A program made the translations under genes and the position numbers. This document shows, one piece after another, positions 20,287 through 29,881 of a DNA stretch of 64,000 nt. Source of the DNA: an uncultured Porphyromonadaceae bacterium (GTDB lineage: Bacteria > Bacteroidota > Bacteroidia > Bacteroidales > UBA12481); NCBI GenBank assembly GCA_964457845.1, contig CAYWHP010000002.1:46112-110111 (forward strand), given 5' to 3'. The notes beneath the pieces were generated by a model. That model worked only from the letters and a program-made list of their open reading frames with translations. It did no database searches and was not told the DNA's origin. Every line of letters begins with the position of its first letter. Position 1 is the stretch's first letter.

Positions 20287-21624
20287 ATGAAGAGATTTAT
20301 CGAAACTCTGAAGAACATCTGGAGGATTGAAGACCTCCGGGCAAGGCTCCTGACTACTCTAGGTCTGATACTTGTTTATCGCCTCGGCAGTTTTGTCACT
20401 CTACCGGGCATCGACCCAACTCAGCTTGGCGCATTGAAGACACAGACTGCCGGTGGGCTGGAAGGACTTCTCGACATGTTTTCCGGTGGCGCCTTCTCCA
20501 ATGCATCCATTTTTGCTTTGGGGATCATGCCGTATATCTCTGCCTCCATTGTTGTGCAGCTGATGACAATTGCGATTCCGTACTTTCAGCGTTTACAGAA
20601 AGAGGGTGAGAGTGGCCGTAAAAAAATGAATCAAATAACCCGTTGGCTGACAGTTCTTATTACTGCAGCACAGGGCCCGAGTTACATTTACAACCTGAAT
20701 GCACAGTTACCGGAATCCGCTTTCATCATTCCCGGAACTTTTTTCACTGTCTCATCAGTTATCATACTAACAGCGGGTACGTTGTTTGTTATGTGGCTGG
20801 GCGAGCGTATTACCGACAAAGGTGTTGGCAATGGTATTTCTTTAATCATTATGATCGGGATTATTGCAAGGTTGCCATTTGCCCTCCTTGGTGAGGTTGC
20901 TACCAAGCTTGAACAAAAGGGTGGTGGTCTTGTCATGATTCTGGTTGAAATTATTCTGTTGGTCATAGTAATAATGGGAGCAATTGCACTCGTTCAGGCA
21001 ACGAGACGCGTTCCTGTTCAATATGCCAAGCGGATCGTTGGTAACAAACAATATGGTGGTGTACGTCAGTATATTCCTCTGAAGATTAATGCTGCCGGAG
21101 TTATGCCGATCATTTTTGCCCAGGCTTTTATGTTTATCCCGATGATGGTTGGGAAATTCAATACCGAAGCCGCCAGCAATTTTGTTCAGACTTTCGGAAA
21201 CTACAGTGGCTTTTGGTATAATTTTACCTTCGCCATATTGATTATTGCTTTTACGTATTTTTACACTGCTGTAACTGTCAATCCGACTCAGATGGCAGAG
21301 GATATGAAAAGAAACGGTGGCTTTATTCCAGGTGTAAAACCCGGAAGAAAGACAGTTGATTTTCTTGATTCGGTTATGTCAAGAATTACACTCCCCGGGT
21401 CTATCTTCCTTGCCATTATTGCGATTTTACCTGCGTTTGCAAGTTTGATCGGAGTAAACAGTCAGTTTGCAGCCTTTTTTGGAGGCACCTCCCTGCTGAT
21501 TTTAGTAGGGGTTGTTTTGGATACATTGCAACAGATTGAAAGCCATTTGCTGATGCGTCACTATGACGGTCTGATGAAATCAGGTCGGATTAAGGGTCGT
21601 ACAGGCAGTTCGGCTTCAATTTAG
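20287..21624 (+). CDS. secY: Preprotein translocase subunit SecY
   Basis: 445 aa polytopic membrane protein in the conserved position after rplO, with a typical SecY N-terminus (LRARLLTTLGLILVYRLGSFVTLPGI). Confidence 0.96.
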   Translation: MKRFIETLKNIWRIEDLRARLLTTLGLILVYRLGSFVTLPGIDPTQLGALKTQTAGGLEGLLDMFSGGAFSNASIFALGIMPYISASIVVQLMTIAIPYFQRLQKEGESGRKKMNQITRWLTVLITAAQGPSYIYNLNAQLPESAFIIPGTFFTVSSVIILTAGTLFVMWLGERITDKGVGNGISLIIMIGIIARLPFALLGEVATKLEQKGGGLVMILVEIILLVIVIMGAIALVQATRRVPVQYAKRIVGNKQYGGVRQYIPLKINAAGVMPIIFAQAFMFIPMMVGKFNTEAASNFVQTFGNYSGFWYNFTFAILIIAFTYFYTAVTVNPTQMAEDMKRNGGFIPGVKPGRKTVDFLDSVMSRITLPGSIFLAIIAILPAFASLIGVNSQFAAFFGGTSLLILVGVVLDTLQQIESHLLMRHYDGLMKSGRIKGRTGSSASI

Positions 21625-21644
21625 TTTGCTATCGCGTTCTTTGT

Positions 21645-22421
21645 ATGTTTCAATTAAAGACAGACGAAGAGGTTGAATTGCTTCGGCAAAGCAACCTGCT
21701 AGTCTCTGCAACACTGGCTGCTGTCGCTGGTTTAATGAAACCGGGTATTACCACCTCGGAAATTGACCGGGTAGCAGAGGAGTTTATTCGTGATCATGGC
21801 GGTGTTCCGGGATTCAAAGGGTACCAGGGTTATCCTGCGACACTCTGTATTTCGGTCAATGATGAAGTTGTTCACGGGATTCCTTCACAGCGGTTTTTGA
21901 AGGATGGAGATATTGTTTCTGTTGACTGCGGAGTGTTGATGAACGGTTTTAATGGTGATTCGGCTTATACCTTCGCTGTAGGGACCGTTAAACCGGATGT
22001 TCTCAATCTGATGAAAATCACGAAGGAGTGCCTTTTACTGGGAATTGCCCAGGCAGTTGCCGGAAAAAGGATCGGAGATATCGGAAATGCAGTTCAGGTT
22101 CATGCGGAGAAGAATGGCTTTTCAGTTGTCAGGGAGATGGTTGGTCACGGAGTCGGACGCCGGCTGCATGAACCTCCGGAGGTACCAAACTATGGTAAGC
22201 CGGGTACGGGTGAGAGGTTGCAGAACGGCCTGGCAATTGCGATCGAACCAATGATTAACCTGGGGAAAAGACATATCAGCCAGGATAAGGATGGCTGGAC
22301 CATCCGGACGAGTGACCGCAAGCCATCAGCTCATTTTGAGCACAGTGTTGTGGTAAGGGACAATGTGGCAGATATAATGTCTGACTTTACAATAATTGAG
22401 GAAGCAGTTTTAAAAGTTTAA
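21645..22421 (+). CDS. map: Type I methionine aminopeptidase
   Basis: 258 aa with VCHGIP-like (VVHGIP), DCGV and HGVGRRLHEPP motifs. Follows secY directly, with no adk, as is usual in Bacteroidota. Confidence 0.95.
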   Translation: MFQLKTDEEVELLRQSNLLVSATLAAVAGLMKPGITTSEIDRVAEEFIRDHGGVPGFKGYQGYPATLCISVNDEVVHGIPSQRFLKDGDIVSVDCGVLMNGFNGDSAYTFAVGTVKPDVLNLMKITKECLLLGIAQAVAGKRIGDIGNAVQVHAEKNGFSVVREMVGHGVGRRLHEPPEVPNYGKPGTGERLQNGLAIAIEPMINLGKRHISQDKDGWTIRTSDRKPSAHFEHSVVVRDNVADIMSDFTIIEEAVLKV

Positions 22422-22424
22422 TAT

Positions 22425-22646
22425 ATGCCGAAGCAGCCTTCTATAGAACAGGACGGAACAATCATTGAGGCTTTGTCCAATGCGATGTTCCGCGTGGAAT
22501 TGGAGAATGGGCACGTTATTACGGCTCACATCTCCGGGAAGATGCGCATGCATTATATTAAAATCCTGCCTGGCGATAAAGTTCGGGTTGAAATGTCGCC
22601 ATATGATTTAACAAAAGGACGAATTGCGTACCGTTACAAAAATTGA
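22425..22646 (+). CDS. infA: Translation initiation factor IF-1
   Basis: 73 aa, [31 protein letters not shown]... Confidence 0.96.
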   Translation: MPKQPSIEQDGTIIEALSNAMFRVELENGHVITAHISGKMRMHYIKILPGDKVRVEMSPYDLTKGRIAYRYKN

Positions 22647-22658
22647 TAAAAAAGCATC

Positions 22659-22776
22659 ATGAAGGTTAGAGCATCTATTAAAAAGCGTTCCGCCGAATGT
22701 AAGATCGTACGTCGGAAAGGAAAGTTATACGTAATTAACAAGAAGAATCCCAAGTTCAAGCAACGTCAGGGATAAC
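22659..22776 (+). pseudogene. rpmJ: 50S ribosomal protein L36 gene with an apparent 1-nt insertion (frameshift) in this sequence
   Basis: ATG 22659 gives [28 protein letters not shown]. The conserved L36 C-terminus [11 protein letters not shown] (stop 22774..22776) is in the +1 frame. The junction is aacaaagaag at 22737..22746. Too short for the ORF track. Confidence 0.6.
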
Positions 22777-22811
22777 CGGTATTTTGAAATAATTCATAAG
22801 GAATATCTTTT

Positions 22812-23189
22812 ATGGCACGTATCGTTGGGGTAGACATACCAAACAACAAGAGGGGCGAAATCGCACTCACTTACATTTACGGAATAGGCAGAAGCACATC
22901 CCGTAGAATTCTGGCGGAAGCCGGGGTCGACAAGGATCGGAAAGTTCAGGACTGGAATGACGACCAGAGCGCTTCAATCCGTAACGTGATCAATGAAAAT
23001 TTCAAAATCGAAGGTGAACTTCGGTCAGAAACTCAGTTGAACATCAAACGCCTGATGGACATCGGTTCCTACAGGGGCATACGTCATCGTCTCGGCTTGC
23101 CGGTGCGTGGTCAGAGTACCAAAAACAACGCCCGGACCCGGAAAGGACGCCGGAAAACCGTTGCAAACAAAAAGAAAGCGACTAAATAA
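22812..23189 (+). CDS. rpsM: 30S ribosomal protein S13
   Basis: [26 protein letters not shown]... Confidence 0.97.
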   Translation: MARIVGVDIPNNKRGEIALTYIYGIGRSTSRRILAEAGVDKDRKVQDWNDDQSASIRNVINENFKIEGELRSETQLNIKRLMDIGSYRGIRHRLGLPVRGQSTKNNARTRKGRRKTVANKKKATK

Positions 23190-23199
23190 CCGTTGAACT

Positions 23200-23592
23200 A
23201 TGGCAAAGAAGAAAGTAAAAGTAGCGAAGAAGCGGGTAGTGGTGGTTGAGCCTCTGGGTCAGGCACACATTCACTCTTCATTCAACAATATTATTGTTTC
23301 CCTCACCAATAATACCGGTCAGGTTATTTCTTGGTCATCCAGCGGAAAGAATGGTTTTCGCGGATCGAAAAAGAATACTCCCTATGCGGCCCAGATTGCT
23401 GCACAGGATGCTTCAAAGGTTGCTTACGATTTAGGCCTGAGGAAAGTAAAGGTTTTTGTAAAGGGACCAGGTAACGGTCGCGAGTCTGCGATTCGTACCA
23501 TTCACAACAGCGGTATCGAGGTAATCGAAATCGTCGACGTGACTCCGCTGCCGCATAACGGCTGTCGTCCTCCGAAGCGGAGAAGAGTATAA
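23200..23592 (+). CDS. rpsK: 30S ribosomal protein S11
   Basis: [18 protein letters not shown]...[16 protein letters not shown]. Confidence 0.97.
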   Translation: MAKKKVKVAKKRVVVVEPLGQAHIHSSFNNIIVSLTNNTGQVISWSSSGKNGFRGSKKNTPYAAQIAAQDASKVAYDLGLRKVKVFVKGPGNGRESAIRTIHNSGIEVIEIVDVTPLPHNGCRPPKRRRV

Positions 23593-23627
23593 GGAAATTG
23601 TATTAACAAACGATAAATAAGAGTTAG

Positions 23628-24236
23628 ATGGCTAAGTATACTGGACCAAAGACCAGAATCGCAAGAAAGTTTGGGGAATCCATTTACGGACCGGACAAGT
23701 ATTTTGATAAAAGGAATTATCCCCCCGGATTCCATGGCCCTTCGAGGAGGAGAAAAAAGCTCTCTGAATACGGCATTCAGTTGAAAGAGAAACAGAAGGC
23801 CAAATATACATATGGCATTCTTGAGAAGCAGTTTGCAAACCTGTTTCATAAAGCCCAGCGAACCAAAGGGATCACCGGTGAGGTTTTGCTTCAGCTTTTG
23901 GAAAGCAGGCTTGATAATGTTGTATTCCGCCTCGGCATTGCGCACACGCGTGCTGCTGCCCGGCAGTTGGTGAATCACCGTCATATCACTGTTAATGGTG
24001 AGGTGTTGGATATTCCTTCCTACCTGGTTCGTGCCGGTGATGTTATCGGAGTGCGTGAAAAATCAAAGACACTGGAAGTTATTATTAACTCCCTTGCCTC
24101 TACTTCCAGGTCCAGGTTCTCCTGGCTGGAATGGGATCACAGCCAGATGTCGGGTAAATTCCTGAATATTCCGGAACGGGATTCTATTCCTGAAAACATC
24201 AAGGAACAGCTCATAGTTGAATTATATTCCAAGTAA
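23628..24236 (+). CDS. rpsD: 30S ribosomal protein S4
   Basis: [17 protein letters not shown]... plus an S4 RNA-binding domain ([10 protein letters not shown]). Confidence 0.97.
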   Translation: MAKYTGPKTRIARKFGESIYGPDKYFDKRNYPPGFHGPSRRRKKLSEYGIQLKEKQKAKYTYGILEKQFANLFHKAQRTKGITGEVLLQLLESRLDNVVFRLGIAHTRAAARQLVNHRHITVNGEVLDIPSYLVRAGDVIGVREKSKTLEVIINSLASTSRSRFSWLEWDHSQMSGKFLNIPERDSIPENIKEQLIVELYSK

Positions 24237-24252
24237 CGTAAAACCCTGATCA

Positions 24253-25245
24253 ATGGCCATTCTATCATTTCAGAAACCTGATAAGGTTATCCTGCTTGAA
24301 TCGGACTCCAATTATGGTAAGTTCGAATTCCGGCCACTTGAACCGGGCTACGGGATTACTATTGGTAACTCCCTGCGCCGCATCCTGTTGAGTTCGCTCG
24401 AAGGATTCGCTATCACCACCGTGAAGATTGAAGGAGTGGACCACGAGTTCTCCACCATCAAGGGTGTCATTGAGGATGTTTCGGAGATAATACTCAATTT
24501 GAAACAAGTTCGGTTTAAGCAACAAATCGAAGGTGTTGAAGATGAGCGTGTTACCATTAGTATTACGGGACAGGAGCAGGTAAAGGCCGGGGATCTCAAC
24601 AATTTCCTGAGCGGCTTTAAAATTCTCAATCCTGAGTTGGTGATCTGCCACATGGATCCCGCTGTTAAATTTCAGATGACGGTAACTGTCAATAAGGGAC
24701 GGGGATATGTTCCTTCGGATGAGAACAAATCGGAAGAGGCAGAAATCGGCATAATAGCGCTTGATTCTGTATTTACCCCGATCCGTAATGTGAAATATAT
24801 GGTTGAGAATTTCAGGGTTGAACAGAAAACCGACTATGAGAAGTTAATTCTCGAGATCAGGACCGATGGTTCAATCAACCCGAAAGATGCGCTCAAAGAA
24901 GCAGCCAAGATTCTTATCCATCATTTTATGCTTTTCTCGGATGATAAGATCACCCTGGAATCGGATGAAAAAATGGATAGCGAAGAGTTTGATGAAGAGG
25001 TGCTTCACATGAGGCAACAGCTTAAAACCAAACTGACCGATCTTGATCTTTCGGTCAGGGCTCTCAACTGCCTGAAGGCAGCTGACGTTGAAACCCTTGG
25101 TGAATTAGTTGCCTATAATAAGAATGATCTTTTGAAGTTTAGAAACTTTGGCAAAAAGTCTCTGACAGAGTTGGAGGATTTGCTGAAGATCATGAACCTC
25201 AATTTCGGAATGGATGTAGCAAAATACAAGTTAGATAAGGAATAG
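24253..25245 (+). CDS. rpoA: DNA-directed RNA polymerase subunit alpha
   Basis: 330 aa, [25 protein letters not shown]. The C-terminal domain has [22 protein letters not shown]. Confidence 0.97.
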   Translation: MAILSFQKPDKVILLESDSNYGKFEFRPLEPGYGITIGNSLRRILLSSLEGFAITTVKIEGVDHEFSTIKGVIEDVSEIILNLKQVRFKQQIEGVEDERVTISITGQEQVKAGDLNNFLSGFKILNPELVICHMDPAVKFQMTVTVNKGRGYVPSDENKSEEAEIGIIALDSVFTPIRNVKYMVENFRVEQKTDYEKLILEIRTDGSINPKDALKEAAKILIHHFMLFSDDKITLESDEKMDSEEFDEEVLHMRQQLKTKLTDLDLSVRALNCLKAADVETLGELVAYNKNDLLKFRNFGKKSLTELEDLLKIMNLNFGMDVAKYKLDKE

Positions 25246-25249
25246 TACA

Positions 25250-25849
25250 ATGAGACACGGAGATAAACAGAATAATTTAGGCAGGAAAAGTGCTCATCGC
25301 GATGCAATGTTGGGCAACATGGCCAGTTCTTTGATCAAGCACAAGAGGATTAGTACCACGGTTGCCAAGGCAAAAGCCTTACGGAAATTTGTTGAGCCTC
25401 TTATTACCAAGGCAAAGGATGACACAACCCATTCACGCAGATCTGTTTTCAGCTATCTGAGTGATAAGGATGCAGTAACTGTCTTGTTTCGTGAAGTAGC
25501 CCAGAAAATCGGCGATCGTCCGGGTGGTTATACCCGTATCCTGAAAACTGGAACGCGGCTTGGCGATAGCGCAGAGATGTGCATTATTGAACTGGTTGAT
25601 TTTAATGAGAGCATGCTGGCTGCCAAGGCTGATGTTAAAGCAAAGGCTACCCGCCGTTCGCGTAAATCAACTAAGCCAGCCGGGGAATCGGTTGCCACTG
25701 ATGAAAAGAAACCGGCTGCCAAAAGTGCAAAAAAGAAGGTGGAAAAAGCTGAAGAGGCTGCTCCTGTTGCAGCAGCAGCTGCTGAAGAAGTTGCTGACGA
25801 GACGGCAGAAGAAAGTCCTGCTGCTGAAGCACAAGAAAATAAGGAATAA
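25250..25849 (+). CDS. rplQ: 50S ribosomal protein L17 with about 80-aa Ala/Lys/Glu-rich C-terminal tail
   Basis: The core [21 protein letters not shown]...GGYTRILK is typical L17. Residues about 121-199 are low-complexity. Confidence 0.95.
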   Translation: MRHGDKQNNLGRKSAHRDAMLGNMASSLIKHKRISTTVAKAKALRKFVEPLITKAKDDTTHSRRSVFSYLSDKDAVTVLFREVAQKIGDRPGGYTRILKTGTRLGDSAEMCIIELVDFNESMLAAKADVKAKATRRSRKSTKPAGESVATDEKKPAAKSAKKKVEKAEEAAPVAAAAAEEVADETAEESPAAEAQENKE

Positions 25850-25874
25850 TTCCGGTTTTGAATCGGAAATAAGG

Positions 25875-25905
25875 AACCCGGGTAATCATTACCCGGGTTT
25901 TTTTA
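25875..25905 (+). terminator. Rho-independent terminator ending the ribosomal superoperon
   Basis: Hairpin acccgggtaa-tca-ttacccgggt followed by a T7 run. Confidence 0.8.
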
Positions 25906-25928
25906 TCTTGTATGAAAAATTCATTGAT

Positions 25929-27815
25929 ATGGATCTTCGCGCGTTTCTAAAAAAACTCGAAAAGGCAGGTGAACTGATCAGGATTTCACAGGAGGTATCC
26001 CCAAAGCTTGAAATTGCCGAAATTGCAGATCGCTTTTCAGCGCAGCCAGATGGAGGTAAGGCGCTTCTCTTCGAGAACACCGGAACCGCTTTCCCTGTCC
26101 TGATTAATGCTTTTGGTTCAGAAGCCCGCATAATGACGGCCTTGGGTGGCCGATCTCCGGATGACCTGGCAGGTCAGCTGAATTCAATGATCGGAGTAAT
26201 GACCGGCGGAAATTCCGGTTTGTCAGGCAAGTTGAAACTGCTTCCGTTACTTGGAAAGGCATCCCGTTGGATGCCGAGGCGCAAACGGGGTAGGGGGCCT
26301 TCTCAGGAAATTGTTGACATGTCTTTCGATCTGAAGAGGTTGCCTGTATTAACCTGTTGGCCTTCGGATGGCGGACCATTCATTACACTGCCTCTTGTAC
26401 ATACAAAAGATCCGGTGTCTGAAGCGCCTAATCTAGGTATGTACAGGATGCAGATATTCGGTAAAGATACTACCGGCATGCACTGGCATATGCATAAAAC
26501 CGGAGCCCGACATTATAGGGAATACCAGAGACTTGGCAAAAGGATGCCGGTGGCTGTCGCGCTTGGCGGGGATCCTATCTATACCTATTGTGCTACTGCA
26601 CCGCTGCCGGATGGCATCGATGAGTACCTTCTGGCTGGCTTTATTCGTGACAAGGCAGTCAATCTTGTCAAGTGTCTTACTCAGGATTTGTGGGTTCCTG
26701 ACGACTGTGACATTATTCTTGAAGGATACGTGGATCCGCAGGAGCCGCTTCGGTGTGAAGGACCATTTGGAGATCATACCGGGTTTTATTCCCTTGAGGA
26801 CCAATACCCGGTTTTTCACCTTACCGCGGTAACGCATCGGAAAGATGCTGTTTATCCTGCCACCATTGTAGGCATCCCACCGCAGGAAGATGGCTGGCTT
26901 GCCTGGGTTACAGAACGGCTATTTCGTCCTATGATAAAAATGGCAATGGTGCCTGAAATGACTGATTTCCATATCCCTGTTGAAGGGGTTGCCCATAACC
27001 TTGTGCTGGCAGGAATTAGTGCCGCTTATCCCGGCCAGGGTCGCAAGGTGCTTCATACCTTATGGGGAGCCGGCCAAATGATGTTTACCAAGTTTTTAAT
27101 TGTATCGGCTGATGGTCCAGGTCTGACAGATTATATTGCCTTTGCACGGCATGTATCGGCTCGTGTTGATCCGTCTGTGCATTCGGAAACCGCTTCGGGG
27201 CCACTCGATGTTCTCGATCATGCCTCGCGGCAACCCGCTTTTGGAGGTAAGCTGGGTATTGATGCTACTGGCCCGGTCATTGCTGCCGGCTCCGGTTTCT
27301 CCTTTGATGCAGTTAAGCAGGAGGCCATCGCATTCAGGTCACAACACCCTCATGTCAAATCAATTAACATCGATTGGGTTAAAGAAGGGATTTCTGTTGG
27401 TTTGGTTTCAATGCAAAAAATCCACGAGAGTGCAGTAAGGGAGCTTGAGAATGAAATCAGGATGGTTGATTCTTTCCGCTCTGTGCGGCTGTGGTTGTTC
27501 TTTGATGAATGGGTCAACATCAACGATGCGCATCAGGTTGTCTGGATAACAGGCAGCAATGTCGAAATAGGGGTTGACGTCAGAATATGTCCTGCTATGC
27601 ATAGTGAACCAGCAGGTATGATGTTCATCGATGCAACAGTGAAAACGTTAGCGCTCGATAATTTCCCGCGTCCATGGCCAAATCCTGTTATTATGGATCC
27701 AAAGACAGTAGCTGTCGTTGATGAGAAGTGGGACCAATATGGTGTTGGGAAATTCCTCCAATCCAGGTCACATAGCTATCCTGGTTACTACCGGCCGGGA
27801 GCAGTGAGGGAGTGA
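25929..27815 (+). CDS. UbiD-family (prenyl-FMN dependent) decarboxylase, menaquinone/ubiquinone biosynthesis type
   Basis: From ATG 25929: MDLRAFLKKLEKAGELIRISQEVSPKLEIAEI... and GPFGDHTGFY motif. The 751-aa track ORF begins inside rplQ, and that N-terminal extension is spurious. Confidence 0.8.
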   Translation: MDLRAFLKKLEKAGELIRISQEVSPKLEIAEIADRFSAQPDGGKALLFENTGTAFPVLINAFGSEARIMTALGGRSPDDLAGQLNSMIGVMTGGNSGLSGKLKLLPLLGKASRWMPRRKRGRGPSQEIVDMSFDLKRLPVLTCWPSDGGPFITLPLVHTKDPVSEAPNLGMYRMQIFGKDTTGMHWHMHKTGARHYREYQRLGKRMPVAVALGGDPIYTYCATAPLPDGIDEYLLAGFIRDKAVNLVKCLTQDLWVPDDCDIILEGYVDPQEPLRCEGPFGDHTGFYSLEDQYPVFHLTAVTHRKDAVYPATIVGIPPQEDGWLAWVTERLFRPMIKMAMVPEMTDFHIPVEGVAHNLVLAGISAAYPGQGRKVLHTLWGAGQMMFTKFLIVSADGPGLTDYIAFARHVSARVDPSVHSETASGPLDVLDHASRQPAFGGKLGIDATGPVIAAGSGFSFDAVKQEAIAFRSQHPHVKSINIDWVKEGISVGLVSMQKIHESAVRELENEIRMVDSFRSVRLWLFFDEWVNINDAHQVVWITGSNVEIGVDVRICPAMHSEPAGMMFIDATVKTLALDNFPRPWPNPVIMDPKTVAVVDEKWDQYGVGKFLQSRSHSYPGYYRPGAVRE

Positions 27816-27861
27816 CAAGATAAGTGTCGAAGGTTGAAGCCAGGGGCAGGTCGAACCTTTT

Positions 27862-29862
27862 CTATTGCTTTTTTTGAAACTCCTGAAGTCCGCCATCAAG
27901 AAAATCGATAAAGGCATCAACATCGAGATTGTATGATCGGGTAGGGACCAGCAACTCTCCGTTGGTATCGAGTAATGCATATTGTGGCTGAGTGTTTTGT
28001 CTAAACCGGGTTATCTGAAAATCCTGGTACTTTTTTCCGAGGGTTTTTTTCACCTTTCCGTCATAGGCTGAGGTTACCCATTCCGATTCCGGGAGTTTGA
28101 TCACCTTATCATCTACATAAAGGGCAACGACAATATAGCTTTCCCGTAACCTCTTCAATACACGTGGATCAGCCCAAACGCGAGCTTCCATCTCCCGGCA
28201 ATTTACACACCCATGGCCGGTAAAGTCGATGAAAACCGGCTTGTTGGAAGCCTTTGCACAGGCGAGCGCTTGATCGTAGTCAAAATAGCCTTTAAGCCCA
28301 TGGGGAAGTTCCAGCCTGTCTCCATAATGTGGTTTCTCACATAGAGTCTGATTCTCTTCATCCGATTGTTTCATTGTTCCGGCATTTTCCCTAACAATAC
28401 GGGTAAGGTCGAAATCATGGGATGTTTCGGGCGGAAGATATCCGGCAAGAGCTTTCAGAGGTGCCCCAATCATTCCGGGGATCATATAAACCACAAATGT
28501 AAAAGTAACTATGGCCAGAAAAAGCCGCGGTACTCCGACATGAGTTACCTCGCTGTCGTGCTTGAACCTTAGTTTTCCAATGAGATAGAAACCCATCAGC
28601 GTAAAGATTACAATCCAGAAAGCCAGATAGATTTCCCTGTCAAGGATTCCCCAGTGGTATGTTTGGTCAGCGATACTCAGGAATTTAAGACCAAGTGCAA
28701 GTTCAACAAAACCGAGGATAACCTTAACCGAATTGAGCCATCCGCCTGACTTTGGCAGCGAGGTGAGCCAGGATGGGAAAATGGCAAAAAGGGTAAATGG
28801 CAATGCAAAGGCAAGTCCGAAACCGACCATTCCGACAATAGGGCGAAGAACTTCACCTCCGGCAGATTGCACCAAAACAGTACCGACGATCGGGCCTGTG
28901 CAGGAGAAGGATACAAGCACAGTAGTAAATGCCATGAAGAAGGGACCGCCAAGTCCGCCTTTGTCGGCGCGTTGATCCGATTTGCTGATCATCCAGTTGG
29001 GAAGCGTAATCTCGAACATCCCGAAGAACCAGGCTGCAAAAAACAGAAATATCAGGAAGAACAGGACATTCGGAATCCAGTGCGTACTCATAAAGTTGGC
29101 GATGCCCGGCCCGAATACAACGGCAACTATAGTGCCTATAACTGCAAAAATGGCAACAATGGAAGTGCCGAAGAACAGTGCTTCAAACAAGGATTTTCGC
29201 CTGCTCTTTTCCCCGTGCATAAAGAAAGAGACGGTCATTGGGATCATTGGGAAAACACAGGGGGTGAGCAGAGCTATAAGTCCGCTGCCGAAGGCCAGCC
29301 AGAAAAGACCCCATAGGCCCTTCGATCCATTGGATTCGGTTTGTTCGGCTGCTGCCGGAACAGGGGTGACAGCCACAACCGGTTCCCCGGACTGGTTGAT
29401 AGTAAAACTAAATTCTTCATCACCCAAGGTGCATTCATGATCGTTACATAATTGATAATCAATCGTTCCGGATACTACTACTGATTCTTTTTTAAGGACT
29501 TTTATCCGTTGCATGAATTTAGCATCCAGGGCAAAGAAGGCAACATTCTTTCCGAACATTGCGTCCAATTCCTCAGTGGCCTTGGTTATTTCGATTACGG
29601 TGTCCAATCGCAGAAAATCTGACGATTGTTCGAATTTGAATGAAGCTGGATTGTTACCTGCCTTTAGATCGATCTGACTGTACATATGCCAGGTTGGCTC
29701 GATCGTGGCATCAAAATTTAATTCGTATATGCTGTCATTGATTTGTTTTACAGAGTAGGTCCAACTAACGGGATCAACCATCTGGGCTTTGGTGGAAACA
29801 GGAAATCCTACCACCATCAAAAGCACTAACACTGGAAAGAGAAAGTTCTTCTGCTTAAACAT
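27862..29862 (-). CDS. dsbD: Protein-disulfide reductase DsbD family (CcdA-like TM core plus C-terminal thioredoxin domain)
   Basis: Signal peptide, TM cysteines in LLTPCVFPMIP and SFSCTGPIVG, and C-terminal Trx fold FTGHGCVNCREME (CxxC). Confidence 0.85.
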   Translation of the reverse strand: MFKQKNFLFPVLVLLMVVGFPVSTKAQMVDPVSWTYSVKQINDSIYELNFDATIEPTWHMYSQIDLKAGNNPASFKFEQSSDFLRLDTVIEITKATEELDAMFGKNVAFFALDAKFMQRIKVLKKESVVVSGTIDYQLCNDHECTLGDEEFSFTINQSGEPVVAVTPVPAAAEQTESNGSKGLWGLFWLAFGSGLIALLTPCVFPMIPMTVSFFMHGEKSRRKSLFEALFFGTSIVAIFAVIGTIVAVVFGPGIANFMSTHWIPNVLFFLIFLFFAAWFFGMFEITLPNWMISKSDQRADKGGLGGPFFMAFTTVLVSFSCTGPIVGTVLVQSAGGEVLRPIVGMVGFGLAFALPFTLFAIFPSWLTSLPKSGGWLNSVKVILGFVELALGLKFLSIADQTYHWGILDREIYLAFWIVIFTLMGFYLIGKLRFKHDSEVTHVGVPRLFLAIVTFTFVVYMIPGMIGAPLKALAGYLPPETSHDFDLTRIVRENAGTMKQSDEENQTLCEKPHYGDRLELPHGLKGYFDYDQALACAKASNKPVFIDFTGHGCVNCREMEARVWADPRVLKRLRESYIVVALYVDDKVIKLPESEWVTSAYDGKVKKTLGKKYQDFQITRFRQNTQPQYALLDTNGELLVPTRSYNLDVDAFIDFLDGGLQEFQKKQ

Positions 29863-29881
29863 AATCTATAAATATGAGTGA

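Noticed and set aside
25560-25928. N-terminal 123 codons of the 751-aa track ORF, overlapping the rplQ 3' end and the rplQ terminator.
   Set aside because: This part is a frame-shifted reading of the L17 low-complexity tail (Leu/Lys/Gln/Arg-rich) and spans a strong terminator hairpin. The UbiD-family homology begins at MDLRAFLKKLEKAG (ATG 25929).
27816-27861. Possible terminator hairpin between the convergent UbiD-family and dsbD genes.
   Set aside because: Only a 6-bp stem (aaggtt/aacctt) with a large loop and a weak T-run, which is too weak to call.
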